DNA from: an uncultured Chloroflexia bacterium | GTDB taxonomy: Bacteria > Chloroflexota > Limnocylindria > QHBO01 | Assembly: GCA_963810925.1 (NCBI GenBank) | Contig: CAWEPF010000010.1 | Coordinates: forward strand, 333,695-397,694 | Length of the DNA: 64,000 nt | Direction of reading: 5' to 3' | Shown: in pieces, positions 1 through 7,823 of the stretch | Numbering within the stretch: the first letter of the stretch is position 1 | How the letters are laid out: each line of letters begins with the position of its first letter | Translations under genes and position numbers: made by a program | Notes under the pieces: model-generated | Told to the model about the DNA's origin: nothing | The model's database searches: none | The model's input: the letters and a program-made list of their open reading frames with translations, nothing else

Positions 1-534
1 GGTCAGCTCCGCCACGAGCTCTTCGAGGGGGAAGACGAGGGCCGTGGCCGAGGTCACGTGATCCAGCACCGCCAGGCGGGTGCGCGGCGTCACCGCGGCC
101 AGGAACCGCTCGGCCACGTCCTCCGGGCCGGCCGTTGGGAAGGGGATGGCTACGGTCACCACCTGCGCGCCGGATTGGGCGGCCACGGCCGCCATCGCGT
201 TGCGGCAGGCGTTGTACTCGTGGTCGGTGGTGAGCAGCTCGTCGCCCGGCTCGAGGGGCAGCCAGCGGAGGACCGCGTTGACCCCGGTCGTCGCGTTGTC
301 CACGAAGGCCAGGTCGTCGGGGTCGGCGCCCACGAACGCGCCCACGGCGGCCCGCGCCTGGTCCAGCAGCCCCTCGAGGTCACGCGAGAAGAACGCCACC
401 GGCTCGGACTCCATCCGTTGGCGGATGGCGGACTGTGCCTCGAGCACGGCAATCGGCGCCGCGCCGTACGAACCGTGGTTCAGGAATTCGACGTTCGGGT
501 CTAAGGCCCAGAGGTGCCGGAACTCGGATGGCAT
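1..534 (-). CDS. Class V aminotransferase (isopenicillin-N epimerase-like, PLP-dependent); N-terminal part only, the 3' end lies beyond the window
   Basis: My reverse-strand translation from the ATG at 532-534 gives MPSEFRHLWALDPNVEFLNHGSYGAAPIAVLEAQSAIRQRMESEP..., typical of class V aminotransferases. The six-frame track omits it because it runs off the window edge. Confidence 0.6.
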   Translation of the reverse strand, partial: MPSEFRHLWALDPNVEFLNHGSYGAAPIAVLEAQSAIRQRMESEPVAFFSRDLEGLLDQARAAVGAFVGADPDDLAFVDNATTGVNAVLRWLPLEPGDELLTTDHEYNACRNAMAAVAAQSGAQVVTVAIPFPTAGPEDVAERFLAAVTPRTRLAVLDHVTSATALVFPLEELVAELT

Positions 535-554
535 GCGGCGGCTATCGTAGACCG

Positions 555-1235
555 ATGGGTTTGCCCCGCCCCGCCGCCGTGGTCGTCGACCTGGATGGGA
601 CCCTGGTGGATACCGTGGGGACCCGGATCCGGGCCTGGATGGCGGTGTTCGCCGAGTTCGGGCTCCCCGCCGACGAGGCTCACGTCGCCTCGCTGATCGG
701 GTCCGATGGACGCTGGCTGGCCGAGCAGGTGGCCGGGCGCGCCGGTCGTGACCTGGCTCCGGCGGATGCCGAGCGGATCGATCATCGCGCCGGGGAGATC
801 TACCAGGCTTTGAACACGGACCCCACACCGCTGCCGGGGGTGGGGGACTTCCTCGCTGCGCTCGACACCGCCGGGATTCCGTGGGCCATCGCCACCTCCT
901 CGCGCGCGGCGCAGGTGACGACTTCGATTGCCGCCCTCGGTCTGGATTCCATGCCCCGGGTGGTCGACGGCCAGTCGGTGAACCGCGCCAAGCCGGCACC
1001 CGATCTGCTCCTGGCGGCTGCCGCGCTGCTCGGCGCTGATCCCGCGCGCTGCTGGTGCGTGGGTGACTCGGTGTGGGACGTCCAGGCGGCGGCGGCGGCC
1101 GGGATGACGGCCCTGGGTGTGACGACCGGCGCGGCGACGGCCGATGCGCTGGCCGATGCCGGCGCGGCACAGGTCGTGGCCACGATCGACCGGCTCATCG
1201 CCCAGCTCCGCCCCCCAGCTCCGCGCACGGCGTAG
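555..1235 (+). CDS. HAD-superfamily hydrolase (phosphoglycolate-phosphatase / beta-phosphoglucomutase-like)
   Basis: Internal ATG at 555 of ORF 435..1235. MGLPRPAAVVVDLDGTLVDT carries the DxDGT motif I; CVGDSVWDVQAAAAAGM is motif III. Confidence 0.7.
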   Translation: MGLPRPAAVVVDLDGTLVDTVGTRIRAWMAVFAEFGLPADEAHVASLIGSDGRWLAEQVAGRAGRDLAPADAERIDHRAGEIYQALNTDPTPLPGVGDFLAALDTAGIPWAIATSSRAAQVTTSIAALGLDSMPRVVDGQSVNRAKPAPDLLLAAAALLGADPARCWCVGDSVWDVQAAAAAGMTALGVTTGAATADALADAGAAQVVATIDRLIAQLRPPAPRTA

Positions 1236-1238
1236 GCC

Positions 1239-3902
1239 ATGCCAGCCCTCGACGACTATCGGTCCAAGCGTGACTTTGGCCGGACGCCCGAGCCGTCGGG
1301 CGGCATCCCTGCGCCCACCAGCGGGCGGTTCGTGGTCCAGCGCCACCGCGCCACCCGCCTGCACTACGACCTGCGCCTGGAGGTGGACGGCGTCCTCGCC
1401 AGTTGGGCGGTCCCGCGCGGCCCAAGCCTGGATCCCGAGGACCGGCGCCTGGCCATGCGGACCGAGGACCACCCCATCGAGTACCTCGACTTCGAGGCGG
1501 TCATCCCGGCCGGCGAGTACGGCGCGGGCGACATGATCGTGTGGGACTGGGGGACCTACGAGCCGGAGGAGACCGATGCGCCAGCCGACGCCCTGGCCGC
1601 CGGCGAGCTGAAGCTGCAGTTGTTCGGGGAGCGCCTCCGAGGGCGATTCACCCTGGTCAAGACGTCAGGGCGGACCGATGAACGAGGGCGGACCGAGGGC
1701 GGTGACCCCTGGCTGCTCATCCACAAGCGCGACGAGGCGATGGTGAGCGGGTTCGACGCCGAAACCCAGCCGCGGAGCGTGAAGACCGGGCGGACCAACG
1801 ACGAGCTGGCGGCCGGCACGCCGCCGCGCTTCGAGGCCGCCCCGCCAGCTCCCGAACCCGACCTGGACCTCTCGGCCGCGCGCGAGGCACCGATGCCCGA
1901 GTTCATTTCGCCCATGCTGGCCACGGCCGGGAATCACCCGTTCGAGGACCCCAGCTGGCTGCACGAGGTCAAGTGGGACGGCTACCGGGTGCAGGCCGTC
2001 GTCCGGGATGGATCGGCGCGACTGTGGACCCGCAACCGAGCCGACGGGGCCACCTACTTCCCGGAACTGGCTGGCCGGGCGCCCTGGATCGACGCGCGCG
2101 ACGCCGTGGTGGATGGGGAGGTGGTCGCCCTTGATGCCTCGGGCCGGCCGAGCTTCTCCGCGCTCCAGGAGCGGACCGGGATGGTAGGCCTCGAGGCCCG
2201 GACCGGCCGTCGCCGGAAACGGGAGCCTGCGGCCGAGACGCCAGCCGAACCACGCAGCGCGGCGCCCATCGCGTACCAGGTGTTCGACTTGCTGTACCTC
2301 GACGGCCGCTGGCTGCTCGACGTCCCGCTCGAGTCGCGCAAGCGGCTGCTCCGGCGCGTCATGCGGCCGCACCCGCTGGTCCACGTGGCTCCCCACATCG
2401 CGGGCGAGGGGCAGGCGTTCCTGGCGGCCGCCCTGGCGCAGGGACTCGAGGGCGTGGTCGCCAAGCGGCGGCTGAGCCGCTATCGGCCCGGGGAGCGCAC
2501 GGGGGACTGGGTGAAGATCAAGGCGTGGGCCCAGCAGGACGTGGCCGTCATCGGTTGGCTGCCCCGGCAGGGGAGTGGCTCTGACCTGGGGTCACTCGTC
2601 GTCGCGGTGATGGGGCCCGACGGCCTGCTCCACGCCGGCCAGGTGGGGAGCGGCCTCGACGCGAAGACCCGCCGGGAGCTGCTGGCGGCCTTCACGGGTG
2701 ACGCGCGACCCGACGCGCCGGTCCCTGGCGCAACGGCTCCGCCCGGCGTCCACTGGGTGGAGCCGCGGATCGTGGCCCGGGTCGAGTTCGCGGAGTGGAC
2801 CCCGGATGGGCTTCTCCGCCAGCCAACGTTCGTGGGGACTGTCGTCGACCGCGGGATCGAATCCACCGTGCGCGAGGACCCCGTTCGGCGAATCCTGCCC
2901 GGAGCCTCGACCGCAGCCACTCCCGCGGCGCCGGCCGCGCCCGGCGCCGCGACATCGGTCACGCCGGACGAGATTGCTGCATTGGATGCCATGGAGAAGG
3001 AGGGGCTGTGGGAGATCGGGGGCCAGGCGGTCCGCGTTACGAACCTCGACAAGGTGCTGTTCCCTGCCCTGGATGGCGCTGACGAGCCACCGGTCACCAA
3101 GCGTGACCTGCTGCGCTACTACGCGAGCGTGGCCGAGGTCCTGGTGCCGCACCTCCGGCACCACGGCCTGACGCTCCAGCGCTTCCCCGACGGGGTCGGC
3201 CGTTCCGGCTTCTGGCAGAAGGACCTCCCCTCGCACACGCCGTCGTGGGTTTCGCGCCGCGAGCTGCAGGATTCCGAGGGAGTCAAGCAGTACGTGGTGG
3301 TCGATCGGGTGGCGACCCTCGCCTGGCTGGCCCAGGAGGCCGCCATCGAGCTCCATCCCTGGACGGCGACCATCGAAGCGCCCGATCGCCCGCGCTACGC
3401 CCTGGTCGACATCGATCCCGGCGAGACAACCACCTGGGAGGAGGTCCTCGTGCTCGCCCGCTTATTCCGCACGGCGCTCGAGCACCTGCGGGTCACCGGC
3501 TTCCCGAAGACGACCGGCAAGCGGGGGGTCCAGATCTGGGTCCCCATCGCGGATCGGTACTCGTTCGACCAGACCCGCGGCTGGGTGGAGCAGCTCTCGC
3601 GCGCCATCGGCCAGACGGTGCCGGACCTCGTCAGCTGGGCCTGGTCCAAGCGCGATCGGCGGGGGAGGGCTCGACTGGACTACACCCAGAACGCACCGAT
3701 TCGCACGCTCGTCGCGCCGTACAGCGTCCGTCCCGCGCCGGGCGCGCCGGTTTCGGCGCCCATCACCTGGGAAGAGCTCGAGGATCCCACGCTCACTTCG
3801 GACCGCTGGACGGTGCGGAGCCTGCCGCCCCGCCTGGCGGAGCGCGGCGACCTGTTCGCTGCGGCCCTGGCGCTGCACCAGGACCTGCCCGGGATCGAGT
3901 AG
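1239..3902 (+). CDS. ligD: Multifunctional NHEJ DNA ligase D, domain order phosphoesterase - ATP-dependent ligase - polymerase/primase
   Basis: 887 aa. The N-terminal DYRSKRDFGRTPEP...FVVQRHRATRLHYDLRLE is the 3'-phosphoesterase domain. EVKWDGYR is the ligase KxDG motif. The C-terminal part (WEIGGQAVRVTNLDKVLFP...) is the LigD Pol domain. Confidence 0.9.
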   Translation: MPALDDYRSKRDFGRTPEPSGGIPAPTSGRFVVQRHRATRLHYDLRLEVDGVLASWAVPRGPSLDPEDRRLAMRTEDHPIEYLDFEAVIPAGEYGAGDMIVWDWGTYEPEETDAPADALAAGELKLQLFGERLRGRFTLVKTSGRTDERGRTEGGDPWLLIHKRDEAMVSGFDAETQPRSVKTGRTNDELAAGTPPRFEAAPPAPEPDLDLSAAREAPMPEFISPMLATAGNHPFEDPSWLHEVKWDGYRVQAVVRDGSARLWTRNRADGATYFPELAGRAPWIDARDAVVDGEVVALDASGRPSFSALQERTGMVGLEARTGRRRKREPAAETPAEPRSAAPIAYQVFDLLYLDGRWLLDVPLESRKRLLRRVMRPHPLVHVAPHIAGEGQAFLAAALAQGLEGVVAKRRLSRYRPGERTGDWVKIKAWAQQDVAVIGWLPRQGSGSDLGSLVVAVMGPDGLLHAGQVGSGLDAKTRRELLAAFTGDARPDAPVPGATAPPGVHWVEPRIVARVEFAEWTPDGLLRQPTFVGTVVDRGIESTVREDPVRRILPGASTAATPAAPAAPGAATSVTPDEIAALDAMEKEGLWEIGGQAVRVTNLDKVLFPALDGADEPPVTKRDLLRYYASVAEVLVPHLRHHGLTLQRFPDGVGRSGFWQKDLPSHTPSWVSRRELQDSEGVKQYVVVDRVATLAWLAQEAAIELHPWTATIEAPDRPRYALVDIDPGETTTWEEVLVLARLFRTALEHLRVTGFPKTTGKRGVQIWVPIADRYSFDQTRGWVEQLSRAIGQTVPDLVSWAWSKRDRRGRARLDYTQNAPIRTLVAPYSVRPAPGAPVSAPITWEELEDPTLTSDRWTVRSLPPRLAERGDLFAAALALHQDLPGIE

Positions 3903-3931
3903 GGAGCCCCGGGCGCCGCGCGAAAACACGA

Positions 3932-3961
3932 AGGCGCCACGGCCAATGGCCGTGGCGCCTC
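3932..3961 (+). terminator. Perfect 13-bp stem hairpin (AGGCGCCACGGCC-aatg-GGCCGTGGCGCCT) 30 nt after ligD, with no U tract
   Basis: The inverted repeat is read directly. High-GC genomes often use U-less terminators. Confidence 0.4.
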
Positions 3962-4243
3962 CCCCCGGATGGTTTCGACCTGGCGCCCGTTCCCGGGCGC
4001 CGATGGGTCTAACGGGGCCAACCACCCCCGGTTGATGCGGAGCGCATGTGGTCTTCTCCCGTTCGGTACGGCCCACGCACAGCGCGTGAGCAGCTCGTGC
4101 CTAGACACTCGCGCCGGAAGTCCGCGGCGACAATGACCCGTGGGTACCGTGACTCCCCGGCACGCGGGGTACCTTTGGCGGGAGGTTGACCGCCCGCCAT
4201 CGAGTCAAATAGGGCTTGCCCGCGCGGTGTAGACTCCGTCTCG

Positions 4244-5551
4244 ATGCCGCGAACCCGGATTCCGGTGGATTCGACGGAGCACGACGCCGCGCTTGATCTG
4301 GCGCGGCGTGTTGGTGAGCAGATCCGAATTGCGAGACGGCGCGCCGGCATGACGCAGGCCCAGCTCGCGGGCGATCGGTACACCAAGGCCTACATCAGCG
4401 CCCTCGAAACGGGCATTACCCGGCCGTCCATGGTCGCCCTGAACTACATCGCGGGACGCCTTGACCTCCCGGCCAGCCACTTCCTCGGCGAGCCGCACCC
4501 GGTGTGGAGTCGCCTCGAAGTGGACATGCGCCTGGCGGCGGGGGACTGGGCCGGCGCATCCGAGGGATACCAGGTGCTGCTCGACGGCAGCGCGTTGACG
4601 GAACTGGCCCGCGCCGAAGCCCTGCGCGGGCTGGCGGAGTCCGAGGCCCGCCAGAACCATGGACGCGAGGCGATCGTCGCCGCCGGGGAAGCGGTCCGCG
4701 TGTTCACCGGCGCCGGTCGCGTGGCGGACGCCGCACTCGCGCGCTACTGGCTCGCCTACGGCACGTATCTCAGCGACAACGAGGGTGACGCGCGGACCCA
4801 GCTCCAGGGACTGCTCGCGCAGACCCGAGCCGGCCTGCAGGTCGAGCCCGAGTTCGAAATGCGCCTCCTGACCGCCCTGGCCGCGGTCGAAGCGCGGGTC
4901 GGAGAACATGCCCGCGCCCTCGCCTATCTCGAGGAGGCCCGGGTGCTCGCGGACGACCTGGACGACCGGCGCCGCGCCAGCTTCCTGTTCAACCTCGCCA
5001 TCAGCTACCGCGAGTCGGGAGACGTGGAAGCGGCCATCCGGGTCGGCCAACAGGGCCTCGCCCTGTACCGCGCCGCCGGGGCGCCATTCGAGGCGGCCAC
5101 CATCGAAAACGACCTGGCCATGGCCTACCTGGCCACCGGCAACCTCGAGCGGGCCACCGAGCTCGCGAGCGAGGCCCATACGCAGTTCGAGGAAGCGGGC
5201 GATGACCGATTCCTCTCCGCCGTCCTGGATACGGAGGCCCAGATCGCGCTCGCCGGGGGGAAGCACGATCGGGCCTTTGGGTTGGCCGCGCGCGCCAACC
5301 AGCTGGCCCGCGATACGGGCAACCGAGCCGTCGAGGAGTCCTCGCTCATCACCGCGGCCCGGATCTCCCGTGCGCGGGGGGACCGCGCCGACGCCGAGGA
5401 GCGCTATGCGGCCGCTGCGACGTTGGCGCGCGAGGGCTCGGCCCACGGCCGACTTCGCGACCTGCTGGGAGAGTGGGCCGACCTCCGTGCCGAGTCAGGC
5501 GACTACCAGGGAGCCTACGAGCTCACGTCGGAGGCGGTGAAAGTCAATTAG
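4244..5551 (+). CDS. XRE-family helix-turn-helix regulator with a C-terminal TPR repeat domain
   Basis: The N-terminus (QIRIARRRAGMTQAQLAGDRYTKAYISALETGITRPSMVAL) is an HTH_XRE domain. The remaining 350 aa are alpha-helical TPR-like repeats. TAGACT lies 7 nt upstream of the ATG, so the transcript may be leaderless. Confidence 0.75.
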   Translation: MPRTRIPVDSTEHDAALDLARRVGEQIRIARRRAGMTQAQLAGDRYTKAYISALETGITRPSMVALNYIAGRLDLPASHFLGEPHPVWSRLEVDMRLAAGDWAGASEGYQVLLDGSALTELARAEALRGLAESEARQNHGREAIVAAGEAVRVFTGAGRVADAALARYWLAYGTYLSDNEGDARTQLQGLLAQTRAGLQVEPEFEMRLLTALAAVEARVGEHARALAYLEEARVLADDLDDRRRASFLFNLAISYRESGDVEAAIRVGQQGLALYRAAGAPFEAATIENDLAMAYLATGNLERATELASEAHTQFEEAGDDRFLSAVLDTEAQIALAGGKHDRAFGLAARANQLARDTGNRAVEESSLITAARISRARGDRADAEERYAAAATLAREGSAHGRLRDLLGEWADLRAESGDYQGAYELTSEAVKVN

Positions 5552-5554
5552 GTG

Positions 5555-5584
5555 TTGACAAGGCCGGTGCGGAGCCGTTAGGTT
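5555..5584 (+). promoter_or_regulatory. Sigma70-like promoter: TTGACA, a 17-18 nt spacer, then TAGGTT
   Basis: A perfect -35 hexamer at 5555-5560 and a TANNNT -10 at 5579-5584 sit immediately after the regulator's stop codon. No CDS follows on this strand. Confidence 0.35.
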
Positions 5585-5589
5585 GGGTT

Positions 5590-5690
5590 TGCGCGAACCG
5601 GTGTGGGCACCCGCCTCGGCGGACCGGTTCGTAATTCGGGGGAATGGGGATCGGGGTATGGGCACAGCTTCCCCGGTCCCCTTCTTCTTG
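5590..5690 (+). ncRNA. Candidate ~100-nt small RNA: a 5' hairpin with a 9-bp stem followed by an intrinsic terminator
   Basis: The promoter above is followed by CGAACCGGU-(20 nt loop)-ACCGGUUCG (5594-5631). A second hairpin GGGGAUCGGGG...CCCCGGUCCCC plus UUCUUCUU follows at 5647-5689. There is no ORF here. The region is intergenic between convergent genes. Confidence 0.25.
5647..5689 (+). terminator. Rho-independent terminator with a U-rich tail (GGGGATCGGGG-14 nt-CCCCGGTCCCC-TTCTTCTT)
   Basis: Read directly from the sequence. U-tailed terminators are uncommon at this GC content. Confidence 0.5.
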
Positions 5691-5732
5691 CCCGGAACGC
5701 CGTAGCCCCTCCAGCCCTGAGCCTGCAGCGCG

Positions 5733-6308
5733 CTACTCCTGCGGGACCGATGGCTCAACGATCTCGAACCGGCCCTGGGCATACACCGGTCCGGCGGGAT
5801 CCAGATAGATCTTCATCGTGAACCGCCCGTACCCGAACAGCTCGATCATGTCGTTGGTGGTCGTCTTGTAGCCAAAGCTCGCCGGCTCGGGGAGCAGGCG
5901 CTGTGCGGTTGGCTCCTGGAGGACGACCTCGGTTCCCGCTCGGAAGGCGATGATCGACACGTAGACCTGCGGCACGCCGGGGTTCACCGGCGGGTTGACC
6001 GAGTACGCGAACGGGTCGCCGACCTCGAAGCTGCTCGTGGGCTGGGTGATGAGGTACGTGTCTTTGTCCAGGTCGAGGCCGAATTCGACCAACAGGGGAC
6101 CCACGGCCGGGGTTGGCTGCGGCTCGGCGGGAAGGCTCGAGACGACCTTCGCCAGGCCGATGAGGATCAGGACGAGGCCAACGCCCACGACCAGCGTGAC
6201 CCCGCGGCCCGGGCCACCGGTCGGCTCGCGGGGCGTCGACCTGGGTCGTCGCGGGCGGCTGGCCGCCGTCTCGGCGGGGACCGCTTGCGAGCGCCCTCGC
6301 TTGCTCAT
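5733..6308 (-). CDS. Hypothetical single-pass membrane protein with an Arg-rich N-terminus, one TM helix and an extracytoplasmic domain
   Basis: Internal start MSKRGRSQ...; GVTLVVGVGLVLILIGLAKVV is a TM segment. I recognise no known domain. Confidence 0.45.
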   Translation of the reverse strand: MSKRGRSQAVPAETAASRPRRPRSTPREPTGGPGRGVTLVVGVGLVLILIGLAKVVSSLPAEPQPTPAVGPLLVEFGLDLDKDTYLITQPTSSFEVGDPFAYSVNPPVNPGVPQVYVSIIAFRAGTEVVLQEPTAQRLLPEPASFGYKTTTNDMIELFGYGRFTMKIYLDPAGPVYAQGRFEIVEPSVPQE

Positions 6309-6352
6309 GGGCCGACACTCTACGCGGGACGGGCCGGTAGCATCCCGAACCA

Positions 6353-6927
6353 TGGATGGCGACCTCGAGCCACTCGACCCGCCCATTCACGTCGATTGGG
6401 TCGACCCTGCGTTCCTGGCGGACGGCCTCCCCGGACGGCTGGGCCTGACGATCCTGCCCGGTAAGCGCGGCAAGTCCATCCGCTATCCGGGCCTGGTCTA
6501 CCGACGCGATGCCCGGGCCGACCTGGAGCGGCTCCGCGGGCTTGGGGTGAGCCTCCTCGCCCTCCTGGTCGAGGATCGCGAGCTCGAGCGCTGGGGAGAT
6601 CCGGCACTGGTCGAGCACGCGGCGGCGGCTGGACTGGCGGTGCGGCGCTTCCCGATCCCGGACGGCCACGCGCCACCGTCCCTGGACGGGGTTGACGCGT
6701 TGCTCGCGGAGATCGCGGGGGCGCGGGTCACCGGGGACGTCGTGGTGGCATGCATGGGCGGCGTGGGCCGATCCGGCACGATCGCGGCCTGTGCCATGGT
6801 CGCCGCGGGCGTGCAGCCCGATCGGGCTATTGCCCACCTCCGCGACGTTCGACACCCTACCGCGGTCGAAACGGCCGCCCAGGTGGCGTTCGTCTCGGCC
6901 TACGCTGTGCACCGGGAGAACCCATGA
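6353..6927 (+). CDS. Dual-specificity / protein-tyrosine phosphatase (CX5R P-loop)
   Basis: Internal ATG at 6353 (MDGDLEPLDPP...). The active-site motif is VVACMGGVGRSGT. The stop overlaps the next gene's start (ATGA). Confidence 0.7.
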
Positions 6928-7823
6928 CCGAACGCTGGATCTGCGCTCGATGCTTCACGTCGGCCGAGGCCTCGGCGACCATGTGTCCGAACTGCGGTCT
7001 CGAGCGCGGTGCCGAGGCGGCATCGGCCGCCGGCGAGGTGGACGCTCCGCAGGCGCGCCCCGACGATGCGCAGGCGCGCCCCGACGATGCGCAGGTCGAA
7101 CCGCCCCCCGCACCGGCTGACCAGGCGCGCACCGCGCCCGACGAGGTGTCCCAACCTCCCGCCGTGGCCATGGCTGCGGCATCCCTGGCGGACGGTGAGG
7201 ATCGGTGGGTTTGCCGCCAGTGCTTCTTCTCAAACGAGGCGACGGCAAGCGCATGCGCGAACTGCGGACTTCCGCGCGGGTCGGAAGCTGCGAACGATGC
7301 CGCGGGCTCCTGGACCGCTCCTGCCCAGCCGCCGGCCACGCGGGGGCGCGCCGTTCCGTGGCGCCTCCTCATCTACGGGGTGATCGCCGTCGTGGTGGTG
7401 GCCGGAGGTGCCATCTTCGCTGCCCGGCGGGGTGATACCGGTGAGATCACCGATGCGGGAGACATGAGCGTGTTCGACCTCGCGGTCGGGGACTGCTTCG
7501 ACGTGCCCGACGCTGACGCTGACCTCCAGACGGTGCGGGGCATCCCGTGCGACGAGGCGCACACGTACGAGGTGTTCTGGACCGGCGACTACCCGGAGGA
7601 CGTCCAGCCGGCCGAGGACGAGTACGTGGATTGGCTCCAGGACGGCTGCCTGCCGGCATTCGAGGCGTACGTGGGCCTTGCCTATGCGGATTCGATCTAC
7701 TACATCGGCAGCCTGTCACCGACCGAGGACAGCTGGGCCAACGGCGACCGCGCGTTCGCCTGCTACGTCTCCAACGAGGCGGAGACGCCGATCTCCGGCT
7801 CGGCGGAGGGCACCGCCCAGTAG
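6924..7823 (+). CDS. Double zinc-ribbon, TM helix, C-terminal septum-formation family domain protein
   Basis: Two ~35-aa repeats read W[IV]C..CF.S.EA.A..C.NCGL.RG. A TM segment (LLIYGVIAVVVVAGGAIF) follows. The C-terminal DCFD..PCDEAHTYEVF...ACYV pattern matches the actinobacterial Septum_form domain. Confidence 0.65.
   Translation: MTERWICARCFTSAEASATMCPNCGLERGAEAASAAGEVDAPQARPDDAQARPDDAQVEPPPAPADQARTAPDEVSQPPAVAMAAASLADGEDRWVCRQCFFSNEATASACANCGLPRGSEAANDAAGSWTAPAQPPATRGRAVPWRLLIYGVIAVVVVAGGAIFAARRGDTGEITDAGDMSVFDLAVGDCFDVPDADADLQTVRGIPCDEAHTYEVFWTGDYPEDVQPAEDEYVDWLQDGCLPAFEAYVGLAYADSIYYIGSLSPTEDSWANGDRAFACYVSNEAETPISGSAEGTAQ
7049..7090 (+). repeat. Perfect tandem duplication of the 21-bp unit caggcgcgccccgacgatgcg (QARPDDA x2)
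   Basis: Read directly. It lies in the linker between the two zinc ribbons. Confidence 0.8.
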
